Shown here: one piece after another, positions 27,591 to 40,064 of the stretch
How positions within the stretch are numbered: position 1 is the first letter of the stretch
How the letters are laid out: each line of letters opens with the position of its first letter
Source of the DNA: Octopus vulgaris
Lineage: Eukaryota
Length of the DNA: 64,000 bases
Direction of reading: 5' to 3'
Assembly (NCBI GenBank): GCA_951406725.2
Contig: OX597815.1
Coordinates: forward strand, 177,382,001 to 177,446,000
Program-made: the position numbers and the translations under genes
Notes under the pieces: model-generated
Told to the model about the DNA's origin: nothing
Seen by the model: only the letters and a program-made list of their open reading frames with translations
Databases searched by the model: none

Positions 27591-29169
27591 ATAGTCGAAA
27601 CCAATATTCTACAGAGGGAAAGGCATAAACGTCACGCGCTCATATTCTGTTGTCCCTTCTAAGTCTCAATCAATAGAATAATGTACCAAAAAGAATTGTG
27701 TTGATATAATTTTTTCTCCTCTTTCTCTTGAAGCATCATTTAAATCAATAATTATACCCATTAATGCACATGTATTTAGATATGTGTATGTCGGGGAATA
27801 GCAACTGATTAATTATATGCCTCTGCATTTCAGAAATGTAACCCTTCTTTCGCTGTTTGCATTCATAAAGCGATGAAATTATTATATTTAGAGATGCCAA
27901 GTCTTTTAACTCGGATACAAGCTGTGCACGAAGCCCCGATCCTCTCTATAACATAAATCAATAAAACGCTTTAATGGAAAACACATTTTAATACAAAGCT
28001 AAATAAAATTTGATGAATCGTTTAAGAAGTAATTGTCATAGGATTGGCTGTTCCACTATTTTAAAGTATACTTAGTGTTTTGATATTTAAACTGGCAATA
28101 GCACAGCTGTTTGTTTTTTTTAATATTCAATTGGCCTTATTGTTAAAACGGCCTTCCTGAAAATCAAATAAATAAAGAATAAAAACATATGAACAGGTGT
28201 TGCAAACAGCATTAGTTGTCTCTTAAAATCGTTCAAATGATCAACCCATCCAAAGATATGTTAACACACTGGGAATAGAAATTATTATTAGGGCAACTAA
28301 TGGTGAAGCTTGTTTTTACACGCATCGAAAAGAGTTATTTTTTATTTGTTTGTAAATACCCAGGATATTATTGAAACCTTGTTATATGCTGAAATTTACT
28401 TTAAGAGACTTGATTAGTTATTCATTTGAAGGACAGAGAATAAGATATATGCGTTTATTCCAGATAGAAGTTGAATATTTAATAAATTATTACGCAGTAT
28501 GTATAGAGATTAATATTCTGGTTATATTCCATTATTGTAGAATGTTTAATGTGTCCATTAATGATTTAGAATTTTGTGAAATTTCAAACTTAACATCTAA
28601 TTCGGGGTCTGCATACAATCTATGTTCTTACTAGCGAAGTTTTGAATCCATTCCCGTTAATGAGGAAGGGCTGCCCTTTTCTGAAACTCATAGGGAAAGT
28701 GCCACTCACCTATTTATAATGTAACTGATATTCGCCCTAATGTCTTTGTAAAAACAGGTGTCATTCACGCACTTGCGTCTTTCTCAACTCTTACAAAACT
28801 TGAGAAAACTTTAGATTCGATTTGATTAAGAGCAAATGAATTATGTTAACATAAAGTATGATAGGAAAGACGGCGTCTATTTGAATTGGACATATATGAA
28901 ATTTGATTGCTTGCTTTCTTGAAATTATTTGTCTACGTTTAACAAAGATCTGTATATTGACGAGTATTCAAAATAGGGAGAAAATGCACCGAAATCATTA
29001 TAAGACAATGATTGCAGAGTCTCACCAAATCACTTTCAAAATAATGCAAGGCATAAGCAATAGCATCCCCAAATATTTATCGATAACAAAAGTAATTTTT
29101 TTAAGTAGAAGGAAACGCAGTATCAAAGGGAGTTGGCATTAGTCAGCAGTGACAAACTTATAATGCTGT

Positions 29170-29810
29170 CTCTTCGTCAAAACAGGCACATTATTTGCAT
29201 CTATAGCAGAAGATTGAGAGCGACAATGGCTCTTGTACTTCTTCAGCTTGGTGAAGATGTCAGTCGATGAACAAAGCTTTTAATTCAGAATCATCATGAC
29301 ACGTCCATCTTTCATCCCGTGGAATGAGATCGCAACACAAAAGAACATCTTGTTTTCTTTGGCCTCAATCGCTTGCAGTATCTTAGAAAATCAAAATATA
29401 CTTCCACACTTATCTCATGCAAATATGAAGATTACTGCCAGGGCATCGGCTTGCTGATACCTAAAGTCCCAACGTGAGCAAATTCCGCACCACATTCGTG
29501 GACTGTGACTCGTCTGTTTGCAAACATCAATTCGTCCGCACGAATCGCTTACAATTTGTGTCAGGGTTCGCAGCCTGTGATTTCCCATCGCGTGGATTGT
29601 CTTTCATACAGTTTTGTTGCATTTAACCTTGATGACACCAGCAACAACTATAATATGTGTATAGTTGAATGAAGTCCCTGCACATGGTTCTTGACATTTG
29701 TATAATCACCCTAAATTTCCTATAACTCTGTGTGAATGGTAGAGAGTGTGCAAAACCCCTTCGGCAAGAACTCAATGACAAAAGACAGCAAATTGCTTCT
29801 GCTTAGGGCT
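29170..29810 (-). mobile_element. Decayed mariner transposase remnant
   Basis: Minus-strand frames read VIEFL..EG..IHTEL.EI.GD, ADELMFANRRVTVHE and PRDERWTCHDDSELK (compare TGDETWxxHYDPETK). Confidence 0.65.
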
Positions 29811-30483
29811 CCTTTAATTGCTTGCAGTGCATAACAACATGATTAAGAGTTATTATGAAAAGATATTCTAAAAACCGTATAGACAAGATTAATAGATATA
29901 TTTATGAGAATTATATATAGCAAGGTCGATATGTGTATTAATGTTTTTTTTAGAATGCGGCTGTAGAAATCTAGTGTTAATTTTTGTGATTTCCCTGTAT
30001 TTTTGACTCTTATTTTTAGCAACGCTGCTGCTACATAGCGCCCTTGTTATATATGATTCTTATATATATCTATTAATTTTGCCGATGCAGCTTTTAGCTT
30101 GCGGCCACTAACATTATTGTGTCTAGTGAGTGTTAATGTTCTTTATTGATTTAAACATTCTAGTCAGCTAGTTCGTCTTCTCAATGCGGCTTGGACACTG
30201 AAATGAAAGCAGGCATTGGTTGAAGTGATATATAGGTTTAAGTAGACGAGGCTGAAGATAACCAAATGCTTTTAGCGCTAAATTCGAAATCATGATACCA
30301 GGTTAACTGGCATACCTTCTTGCAATTTTGCAGAGGTAAGACGCAATCCATGTTCACTTAGTTTTTTTTTCTTTTTCCAACCATGCCTGTTAAAATCTAG
30401 TGCTAGTGTTGCCGCTTCGGAGTGTTTGTGACTCCTATTTTTAGCAAAGCTGGGGATTCATAGCGCCCTTTTTATATAAAATT

Positions 30484-30534
<51 letters not shown>

Positions 30535-31837
30535 ACTAATGTTGCTTATACGGTCTTTAGTTTCCGGCCACTAACATTATTATGTCTCATGGGTATTAAT
30601 ATACTTTATATATTTATAAATGTTGTATATAAAGGAAGAATACGAATGACAGTGATTTCGAATTGTCGAAATCTAGTAACGTGTCTGTTGACCAACAAAC
30701 TTACTCAAGCCATCTCCATTCTTTTGTGAACCCCTAAAAAAATAAAAGCATGACTGAAAATAGCACACATATATAGACACACCAAATGCTGCATGCATGA
30801 TAAATTTCGAAGAATAAAACAATTCTAAATTTTATCAAAATCTTCCCTGACAGCCTACTTTTCAACCTGACCCTCATTCAGCAGAGTTCAATCCTCAGCC
30901 AATCCCCACCACAAATTAACTTACCGCAGACTATATAAAGCCAAGATGAACACGAGGTTATCACACACCAAAACATTGAAATCACTGAAAATAATCATCG
31001 TGTTAAAAGATTGTGTTCTACATTAAGAATTTAGCAATCATTTTAAAACATAGAAGTTTATATTAGAACTTTAAAAAGTAATGATCTGGCAAAATCTGCA
31101 GCACGCCGGACCAAATTCTTCCGGTTTTGCTTCCGAGTTAGAATCACGCTGAATCGACTTTGCCTTCTTTTCTTATGCTTTCGACAAAATAACACCAGTT
31201 GAGAACTTCCGTCAATGTAATCGACTAGACAATTCCCCCCAAATTTCACACGCCTGTATCTATAGTAGAAAGAATTATAACTTAAAAATGCACACACACA
31301 CACACACACTCGTACATATATATATACGTATATATGTATACAGGAAAATACTCGTACATATATAAATACAGGAAAATACCAGTCAGCGGACACATATATA
31401 GATGTGCTTCAAATAAAAATCCAAAATTCACAACTTGCCCACTTTACAAATTCAGTGATAGCGTAACCTTCACTCAACGACAAAATAAAGAACTTTATTT
31501 CATAAGAAAATTCGGATCAAGTTTGAACACCCTGGGCCAGTAATATTAAAACAATACATTGGTCTTCCGAAAAGAAAAATGAAATTCTACCACAACCACC
31601 ACGATCACCACGACTGTTACTACTATCACTACTACTACAACCACCATGGTCACTACTATTTCTACTATGATCAACAGTCCCCCACTACTGCTGCTGCTAC
31701 TGCCACAGCTAAGCTACTACAACCAATGAGCTGCTGCAACCCCAACCACCACCACGGTTACTACTACTACTACGACCAACTGTCACTGCTGCTACTGCCA
31801 TTTCAGCCGCTGGTCATTCGGACGCATAAGAGAGCTA

Positions 31838-32027
31838 AAAACATCAACGTGGATTCTGTTGAGACCAGGAAGAAACAATTATGAACTTTTTTCTTACACT
31901 TAACTTTTAAAAATATTTTTGATAAGGTTCGTCGTTTCAAGAAGAACCGAAACATGTAAAATTTCTAAGAAAATTAAAATTTATCTTATATAGTGGCGTT
32001 TTCAAACTTCTTTTTTATAAATATATA
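31838..32027 (+). repeat. Penelope-type terminal repeat copy with hammerhead motif (inverted partner at 33320-33512)
   Basis: About 190-bp near-identical inverted repeat. Contains TTGATAA-GGTTC..GAACC-GAAAC-AT-GTA. Confidence 0.75.
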
Positions 32028-32057
32028 CCCACTCGTATACGATCTACACTTATTATA

Positions 32058-32265
32058 TATATATATATGTCGCGCGTGTATCATTGGCAATTTTCTTTCT
32101 CCGTGTTCCCTTCTTTGGACTTTTTCTATATTTCTGAGGAAGCGCTCCGCTCGAAACGTGAAATCCTCTTTCTTTTCTTTCCTTTCCCGAGCGTGCAATA
32201 ACACTGTACTTATTCCACGTCCTCACGTTGTTGTTTTTCTTGCTCGTTCTTCTTTGGATTGACGA
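32058..32265 (+). repeat. Penelope-type terminal repeat remnant between (TA)n tracts with a degenerate hammerhead
   Basis: ATTT-CTGAGGA-A-GCGC-TCC-GCTC-GAAAC-GTG-AAAT at 32130-32164. Confidence 0.6.
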
Positions 32266-32267
32266 TG

Positions 32268-32304
<37 letters not shown>

Positions 32305-33090
32305 TATTGCCAGTGCGTTCTATAGGCTGTACAAAATTCCTATCTGTGTATAGATTATTTTAATAGGGTCAAATTTAGCGTGCCCTATATAATCCATTAA
32401 CTGACAATTAATTTTTAATTACTTGAAATTATGAATGAATTGAGACGAAGAGCGAAGAATTTTAAAGAAATTTCCTGTCTGGTAGGGAGAGCTGGAAAAC
32501 TCACGAAATATCAATTTGCGAAAGATTAAGTGGTGTCATGCAAGAGGAGAATGAATCTGATCTTTGGCAGCGATTGAATGAAAGTATTTTTTGTCACGAT
32601 AGGATGTGTATTTTTATGTAAAAATAATATTTATTATATAATTAAAAAATAATTAATATTAAAATCCAAGCTATCATAATTTGTGGGCATTTTAGTGAAA
32701 TATATTTTTATCAAATTAATCTAAAAGTAAAAAAAATTAAAGAAGAAAATTCTATTCTAAACGAAAACAGTGTAAGAAAAGAATGGCGGATTCTTAGCGC
32801 GCTGAGTTAACCAGACGATTCATATCTAAGCTGAAAAATCTAGCTTTCTGTCACTTAAACGACTTCCTCAGCGACTCAGAGACGTTAAGCCTATTGAACG
32901 AATAGGTATATGTGTGTACGTATACATATATATATAAGATACAAGGTAGCTGTACGCAATATATTTCGTATAGTTGACTTCGTTATTTCATAATTTTCAC
33001 ATTAACAATTTTGCTGAATCAGCCATAGATTCATATAGTAAGTATATATATACAGTCAGATTTAGCCAAAACATCCAATGATGAAATAGT

Positions 33091-33134
33091 TACTACTGAT
33101 GAGCTTGCAATTTTCAAGCGAATCTAGACTAGTA
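33091..33134 (+). ncRNA. Minimal type I hammerhead ribozyme motif, variant core
   Basis: TACTA-CTGATGA-GCTTG-CAATTTT-CAAGC-GAAT-CTAG-AC-TAGTA. Stems I and II are perfect; stem III is palindromic. Confidence 0.65.
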
Positions 33135-33282
33135 TAGATATCCAACTCAGTGTGGTCAGTATATGAAAATGTGCTTTCTTACGGTTCTAAGGATTCTTAG
33201 CTCTTATTTCTAGCAATATAGATACTACACGGTACCCTCAGTCACAATTAAGGACAACTAAAACCAAACGCACACACATGTG

Positions 33283-33319
<37 letters not shown>

Positions 33320-33328
<9 letters not shown>

Positions 33329-33512
33329 AAAAAGAAGTTTGAAAATTCCACTAAGTAAGATAAATTTTAATTTTCTTAGAAATTTTACCTTTCAGTTCTT
33401 CTTGAAAAAAACGAAGCTTATCAAAATATTTTAAAAAGTTAAGTGTAATAAAAAAGTTCATAATTGTTTCTTACTAGTCTCAACAGAATCCACGTGGTGT
33501 TTTTTTTTTGTT
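33320..33512 (-). repeat. Inverted copy of 31838-32027
   Basis: Reverse complement aligns over about 190 bp. Its hammerhead motif (33380-33430) is more degraded. Confidence 0.85.
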
Positions 33513-33679
33513 GGAGAGAGCATAATAGCTGTCTTGTGTGTTGACTAAAGTTGGGGAAATGACTAGTGGCCAAAATAATACACACACACACACACACATA
33601 TGAATTAACATAAACAGCTAGGTGCAATATAAACGCAATACAGGGTTTGCCATAATATAACATTCAGTAAGAACAAGTG

Positions 33680-34372
33680 GGTTGAAATATTTATTATAGA
33701 AGATTAACAAAACGTTGAGACTAGATGTTCTACACATATTTAGAAATATCTAATATCTATGTTTCGTGAAAAGTTCAAGTGGACGGAATAAAGATTTTGC
33801 AAGTTATGAGGAATTAAACAAATAACCTCCTAAACTGCAGCGGCCAAAAGGGTCACATAGAAAAACAATGAAAAGTGGAACAAGAACAAAAAAGAAACCC
33901 TTAATTTTAATATTTTGTGAACATCTCTTTACCATCAACAACCTCGTGATATATGTTATCACAGGACTGAATTGATTTCTTGCAAAATGATGTAATATTG
34001 TTCCATTCGTAATATTGTCCCATTCGTTTTTCAATAATCACCAGATTTCATCTTAGTTATTTGGATTTCTCCTTCGAGCCCCATCTCCAATAATATACCA
34101 AACGTTTTCTATAAGGGTTCAGATGGAGACTCTGAGTCGGCCAATCTATGAGATCAACCTGATCGTCACTCACAAAATCCTTGACTCTCTTCGCAGTGTG
34201 ACAGGAAGCGTTGTCTGCACGATCACAGGAGGTTGAATTGAAAAAGATCGGAGATGCTGTTGAAGAGTTTGCTTGTATATTTCAGCATTGATATTCTTTT
34301 GTAGGCGAATAAGTGGACCAGATCCAGCAGCAGAGATCATTTTCCATACCATTACACTGCCTCCTTTGCTAA
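33680..34372 (-). mobile_element. Tc1 (DD34E) transposase 3' half, decayed
   Basis: GGSVMVWKMISAAGSGPL..INAEIYKQTL, DNASCHTAKRVKDF, DWPTQSLHLNP/IENVW. Confidence 0.88.
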
Positions 34373-35354
34373 CCTAGTCATGGGGTATCTAGAAATTAGT
34401 CTTTAAAGTAAGGTTCTAGAAAAATGCGGCAGCCCATTCTCCCTCTACATAGAAAAAAAACGAAAGATATACCTGGATGACTGTTTCATTCTTTCGCATG
34501 AAAATATAGAGAAACGTAAAGAATTCCAAGCTCTTATAAATGGACTTGACGTAAACATTCGATTCACAATGGAATATAGCCATCAACAACTTCCCTTCCT
34601 CGACATCCTCATTAAGAAATTTAGCAACGTAATAGACACAGATATATACTATAAGCCCACGGAACACTCTCAACAATGAAGCCTTCGACACCATCCTTCA
34701 AAACATACCCCTGCTAAAAAAGGACCACAGAATGAACAATCCTCAAAACACACACCATCATAAGAAGCAACAGACAGACCAAATCTATGAAAAGTCTCCT
34801 GACACAAGCCCAAATATGCTCAACAACAACACAGAAGTCGTCAGTAAAAAAAAATTCGGAAGATGCAATGTGGGATATACGTCATTTTAATTGAGGGATC
34901 AGAGTTCTCCTTCAAACAGAGACAACGTTTCACAGTGAAAAGAACTTCACATGTACTTCGGAGAATCTGATATACGCTCTAACCTGCTCTTGGCGTCAAG
35001 AGCAATACGTAGGCCAAATAAAAAACAGTCTACGTAAAAGAATGGCTCTGCACACATCCCAGATCAAAATTCCCCAAAACAGAAAAATAGCATTCAGCCA
35101 ACACATCGACATTTACGCCAACAACAAAAATCCAAGCCTCAGAAGTTTTCCCTCTTCCAATTCAGGGACGATACAACCTGTAGCCAACGAATTAGTAAAG
35201 ACTCTTTTTATAACAAAATACAGACACCTTTAGAATACGTTTACAACAAACGACATATCCACCACGGCCTTAGGATAACACAAACACACACGTAAATATT
35301 AAAAATGATACACTCAAGAGATTCCATTCCATACTACCTACATCTCTTCTTGTA

Positions 35355-35630
35355 GAGGCACAGCGGACTCGTGGTCGAGGGATCGCGTGTTCGAATCTCA
35401 GACCGGGCGATGTGTGTTTATGAGCGAAACACCTAAGCCCTATGTGGCTCCGGCAGAAGGTAATGGCGAACTTCTGCTGACTCTGTCACCACAACTTTCT
35501 CTTTTCTCCTGCATCTTGCAGCTCACCTGCGACGGACAGGCGTCCCATCCAGGTGGGGAACCTATACGCCAAGGAAACCGGGAAACCGGCGCTTATGAGC
35601 CAGGCGTGGCTCGAGAAGGAACAAACAACA
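35355..35630 (+). mobile_element. SINE family 3 (tRNA-Arg-like head, V-domain-like body, (AAC)-rich tail)
   Basis: GCGGACTCGTGGTC..GTTCGAATCTC head, CCTGCGACGGACAGGCGTCCCATCCAGG segment, AACAAACAAC tail. Confidence 0.8.
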
Positions 35631-35856
35631 TTCCTACTTATTCTCCCTTCTCTTTCTTCTTCTTCTTCTTCTTCTTCTTCCCTACCAAGAATTCACAATT
35701 CACAACGGCGTCGAACCCACAAGAGTAAACAAGAGAGAGAGAGAGACAGAGACAGGCAGAAACAAGAAAAATGCCACTTGTATTTGAACACTATGCAAAT
35801 ATTCTTTTAAAAATACTTTTCTTTTAATTTTTCCAAAATTTAATTGTTTCCCATAC

Positions 35857-35898
35857 TTTCAGTTGAAAAAGTCTGAGTGGCTGAAACCGGTACTGAAA
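35857..35898 (+). ncRNA. Minimal hammerhead ribozyme motif in the Penelope 3' repeat
   Basis: TTTCAG-TTGAAAA-AGTC-TGAGT-GGCT-GAAAC-CG-GTA-CTGAAA. 6-bp stem I, palindromic stem III ACCGGT, GUA site. Confidence 0.7.
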
Positions 35899-35943
35899 TG
35901 TTTTTTATAAAATTATTTTAGCATTTTCTATCTTGACTTTTTT

Positions 35944-35990
<47 letters not shown>

Positions 35991-37544
35991 TGTTCATGAA
36001 GGGAGGTAATTAAACTTCATTGATGGTGTCTAATGAGACCTAAAGCTGTCTGAAGATGTTGCCATGGATATGAAAAATTAAAATTTTCCATGTCATATCT
36101 GCATTTTATTTTTCATACACTGAAAATTGAACAGCTGTCACCCTTGCAAATTTTTAAAGCAATATGTACTAAAATTGTAAAGGCGTGCGTCCTACTGGTG
36201 GTGAGTTGTGCTTCCGATCATAATTTTGTGTGATGGCTACGTGGATCGTAGGGTATGTTGTGTTCTTGACGGAAGCATGTTATTTCACGTTGCTCGTGTT
36301 TGCTCATCAGAAAATAGGTACCAGCCGAATGCTTGTGCAGGCCTTTCTCTCTCGAGCCTTCAAACTTCGCCGATCTGGCGAGTTAAGGATATGATGTCCG
36401 AAATAAATTTTCTACCGCAATGCAATTACATAGCCCCTTGAAACAATTAATTGAAGCGTGGTACAAGATAGCCGGGTTGTGGTTATTTATATATTAAAAT
36501 TAATCGGGTCTTATTTTTTTTTACCATTACAAGTCATAAATCTAATTGATCTGAAATAAAACCCTATAATACATACACAGCGCAGCAGATTATATCAACT
36601 TTCAGATGAATGCTCATCATAATGCTCATAAGCAATGAATATTTCTATAAGTCCATAAGAGTTAGATAATATAAATTAGATAACATAGTAATAATTAAGC
36701 TAGACTAATTGACCTGACGATCGTACGACTCAACGGATAAGTAAAGCTAATAATATTGAGCGGTTTTTTAAGTGTATAGAATCATGTTATGTAAACGTTG
36801 CTTCAAATTAAGATTATTGAGTTTGTATTTATCGTAATCATTTTCAAGTAGGTTTTACATAGAGACACACGTACTTGAATGATCTGTAACTGTGTAATTA
36901 GCTGCAATACCAACGTAAGATGTTTAGTACAGTATAGCATTAGACGTACGTTGATTTAGATTGAAAAAGCACATCAATTATAAACATGATTAATATGTTA
37001 ATCAAAATCATCCGAAACGGAATTACTACTGTAGAACTACACTTAAAATGTGTATTATATTCCAAGATAAACTTATAATATTAATATAAAGTTTTCATTA
37101 ACATTTTTTCAGTATTTAAGAAACGCAACAACCTGGAAGACTCATTAGCTCGAAGAACAACAATACGTAGTGCCATTTTATTCTATTGCTTACGATCTGA
37201 GTTCCAGTTTCGCTGAGATCAACTTGGCATTTCATCCTTTCGAGGTCGACAAAATAAATTTCAGTCAATCCCAGGGCCGATGATATCGACCCTAAAATGA
37301 CTGGCTTCGTGCCAAAATTAGAAACAATATATTTAAGTGACGTAATATACTTTAGTGGGCACTATTCTATGCACCCTTTATTTTAATTATCTTTATCATT
37401 TTTTTTTACATATTGTGTAATATTTAAAACAACACCTAAACTTATAATACATTCAATGAAATTTATTTTCATTCTTCCTTTTCATAGCCTTCAATTACAC
37501 AGGTTCTTCACATATAAATGCTATTTTTACCCTCCATCTTTCAT

Positions 37545-37930
37545 TAAGTGTCTTGGGGAAATTTCGAACCTAAGGTATTTTTCGATGTCATTCTTCTTCT
37601 TCTTCTTCTTATTCTTCTTCTTATTATTATTATTAAGGCCACTTCCTGTAATTGAACTCGGAATCTTGGAGTAGTAGCCCGAGCTCTTAACCACTACGCC
37701 ATAAGCCCACGGGCATATGGCGTAGTGGTTAAGAGCGCGGGCTACTAACCCTAAGATTCGGAGTTCAATTACAGGAAGTGGCCTGAATAATAATAGTAAT
37801 AATGAAATCGGAGAAATACCTTAGGAATGAGAACCCAGGTTCGAAATTTCCCAAGACACTTAACGAGTATAGCAGCCGAAAACAAAAAAGGTGAAGACAA
37901 ATATCCGTCAAATGTAAATAATTTAAATAG
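37545..37930. mobile_element. Head-to-head inverted pair of the tRNA-headed element family seen at 3541-3940
   Basis: Palindrome centred near 37711. A box TGGCGTAGTGG and B box GAGTTCAATTAC on the right arm, mirrored on the left. Confidence 0.88.
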
Positions 37931-38709
37931 TGAATTATAGTGGTGAATCGGAGGCTGTTTGCTCATATTAGATTAGCTTCGTAGTAAATATTAACGTGAA
38001 GAACGTTATTACATTTATTTACCGCCTTGATAATATCTGTACAGAACAAAAACCTGGATTTGTTAAGGGCCGCATCTGAAAATGTAAAACAGAAGTCAGT
38101 TGGAAAAAAGAATATTATATCTTTAGAGGGAAGACCGCCGGGGGTCACTGGAAAGACGCTTATGGGTCGCATACCGTACTGGGCGCTAGGACTGAGAACT
38201 GCTGTTGGAGATAATCAAGCTGAGTTTGATCGTAGATTAAGACACTTCATATAAGGTATACACGTATTAGACACTGTTACAACAGTGGTTACTTTTAGGA
38301 TAATAATCGAGAAATTTTTGCAGTGAAGAGTTAAAATTTGGTAGTAAGGCGAGATGTAAAATTTTTTCCTTAAGAATTACTGTGAATATCTTGAGAATGG
38401 CTGATATTACCAGTACGGAAGTTAGTACTTTATGCTGTGTAAAAGTTGTCTTCCTGCTTTTGATAGTCTTTGATTTCGATAAGATATCGATATCAGAATA
38501 AACACATGCATCGGAGAGTTTGCTTAGCTTCACATTTATTTCTGTGGACAAATTTCTTACTGTTAAGAATTCCATTATAATTCTCAGTGGAGTCGTTCTG
38601 CGCCGCACATTTAGTCATAATATGATTATTATCATTATAATTATTTTGAGTGAGAGAGCAGCGCATGCCATCAACGTGACACTGGTGTAAAATATACGAA
38701 AGCCAGTTT

Positions 38710-39146
38710 AAGACGGCGAGCTGGCAGAATCGTTAGCACGCCGGGCGAAATGCTAAGCAGTTTATCTGAGTTCAAATTCCGCCGAGATCGACTTTGCCTT
38801 TTATCCTTTCGGGATCGATAAAATAAGTACTAGGTGAACACTGGGGTCCATGAAATCGCCTTAATTACCTCCCTCAAGCTAATTTGTGGCAGAAATTTGA
38901 AATCATTATTATTATTGTTATTAGGAGGCGAGCAGGCAGAATTGTTAGCGAGCTGGACGAAATGCTTAGCGGTGTTTCGCCCTTCGCTATGTTCTGAGTT
39001 TGACTTTGCCTTTCATCCTTTCGGGTCGATAACTTATGTAACAGTTGCCTACTGGGATCGATGTAATCGACTGCCCCCGCTCCCTAAATTCCAGGCTTTG
39101 TGACTATAGCAGAAAGGATTACTATTATATTATTATTATTATTATT
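38710..39146 (+). mobile_element. Two tandem SINE family 2 (MetaSINE-like) copies with (TTA)n tails
   Basis: Heads at about 38710 and 38923, each with a Meta-like domain. Confidence 0.88.
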
Positions 39147-39537
39147 GACGTTTTTTTATCAGAAGCTTCTAATAGGTTTTCTTATAGATATGCACAAGGA
39201 CGGTGTTTTCCATTCGCTATGGAATTCTTGGGTTGCAATGATCTTGTTTCTCTCTTATTTCTTTTGTCCTCAGTAACTACAACTATCCAACATTGTCTAC
39301 AGGTGAAGCATACTTGATTTTTTTCTTTTAATTTTATTTATCTTCATTTATCTATCATAATTTGAATACTAATATTTCTTCTTTATCTTCGCTTATTCGG
39401 ATCTACTGTTTATAATACTTCGTCTGGATTTAGTAAATATCTAGAGACAAAATTTATTGCATTCAGTGCAATTCATAAATTGGTCTTTTCAATATTGGTT
39501 TACTCTAACTTTTGAACAAAATATTTTCAAAGCTTTT

Positions 39538-39995
39538 GGTTGTGTGGTAAGGAGCTTGTTTCCCAACCACATGGTTCTGAGTTCAGTCCCACTGCGCAGC
39601 ACCTTGGGCAAGTGTCTTGTACTATAGCATCGGGCCGATCAAAGCCTAGTCGAAGAAATCGACCCCAGGATTTATTCTTTGTAAGTCTGGTACTTATTCT
39701 ATCCATCTCGTTTGCTGAACCGGTAGGTTACGGGAGGGGGGCAACACACCAGCATCGGTTGTCAAGCAATGTTGTGCGGACAAGCACAGATACTCATACA
39801 CCAATATATATATATATATATATATATACATATGCAACGGGCTTCCTACAGTTTCCGTCTACCAAATCCACTCATAAGGCTTTGATCGGCCCGAAGCTAC
39901 AGTAGGAGACACTTTTCAAGGGTGGAATGCAGTGGGACTGGACCCAGTATCATGTGGTTGGGAAGCAAGCTTCTTATCATACAGCCACGCCTGCG

Positions 39996-39997
<2 letters not shown>
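39538..39997. mobile_element. SINE family 1: plus-strand head (39538-39647) fused to a minus-strand copy (39647-39997)
   Basis: Both segments align to the family consensus in opposite orientations. Confidence 0.88.

Positions 39998-40061
<64 letters not shown>

Positions 40062-40064
<3 letters not shown>

Larger units (their letters stand above)
34410..35945 (+). mobile_element. Penelope-like element 3' portion (RT C-terminus, GIY-YIG endonuclease, 3' terminal repeat), decayed and interrupted by a SINE
   Basis: YLDDCFI, FTMEYSHQQLPFLDILI, TDIYYKPT, FTCTSENLIYALTC...QYVGQ..NSLRKRMALH. A hammerhead motif sits in the downstream repeat, and the element ends at (TA)n. Confidence 0.88.

Noticed and set aside
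37712-37785. tRNA gene
   Set aside because: A and B boxes are present, but there is no proper acceptor stem and the sequence is embedded in a repeated element, so it is a SINE-type head.
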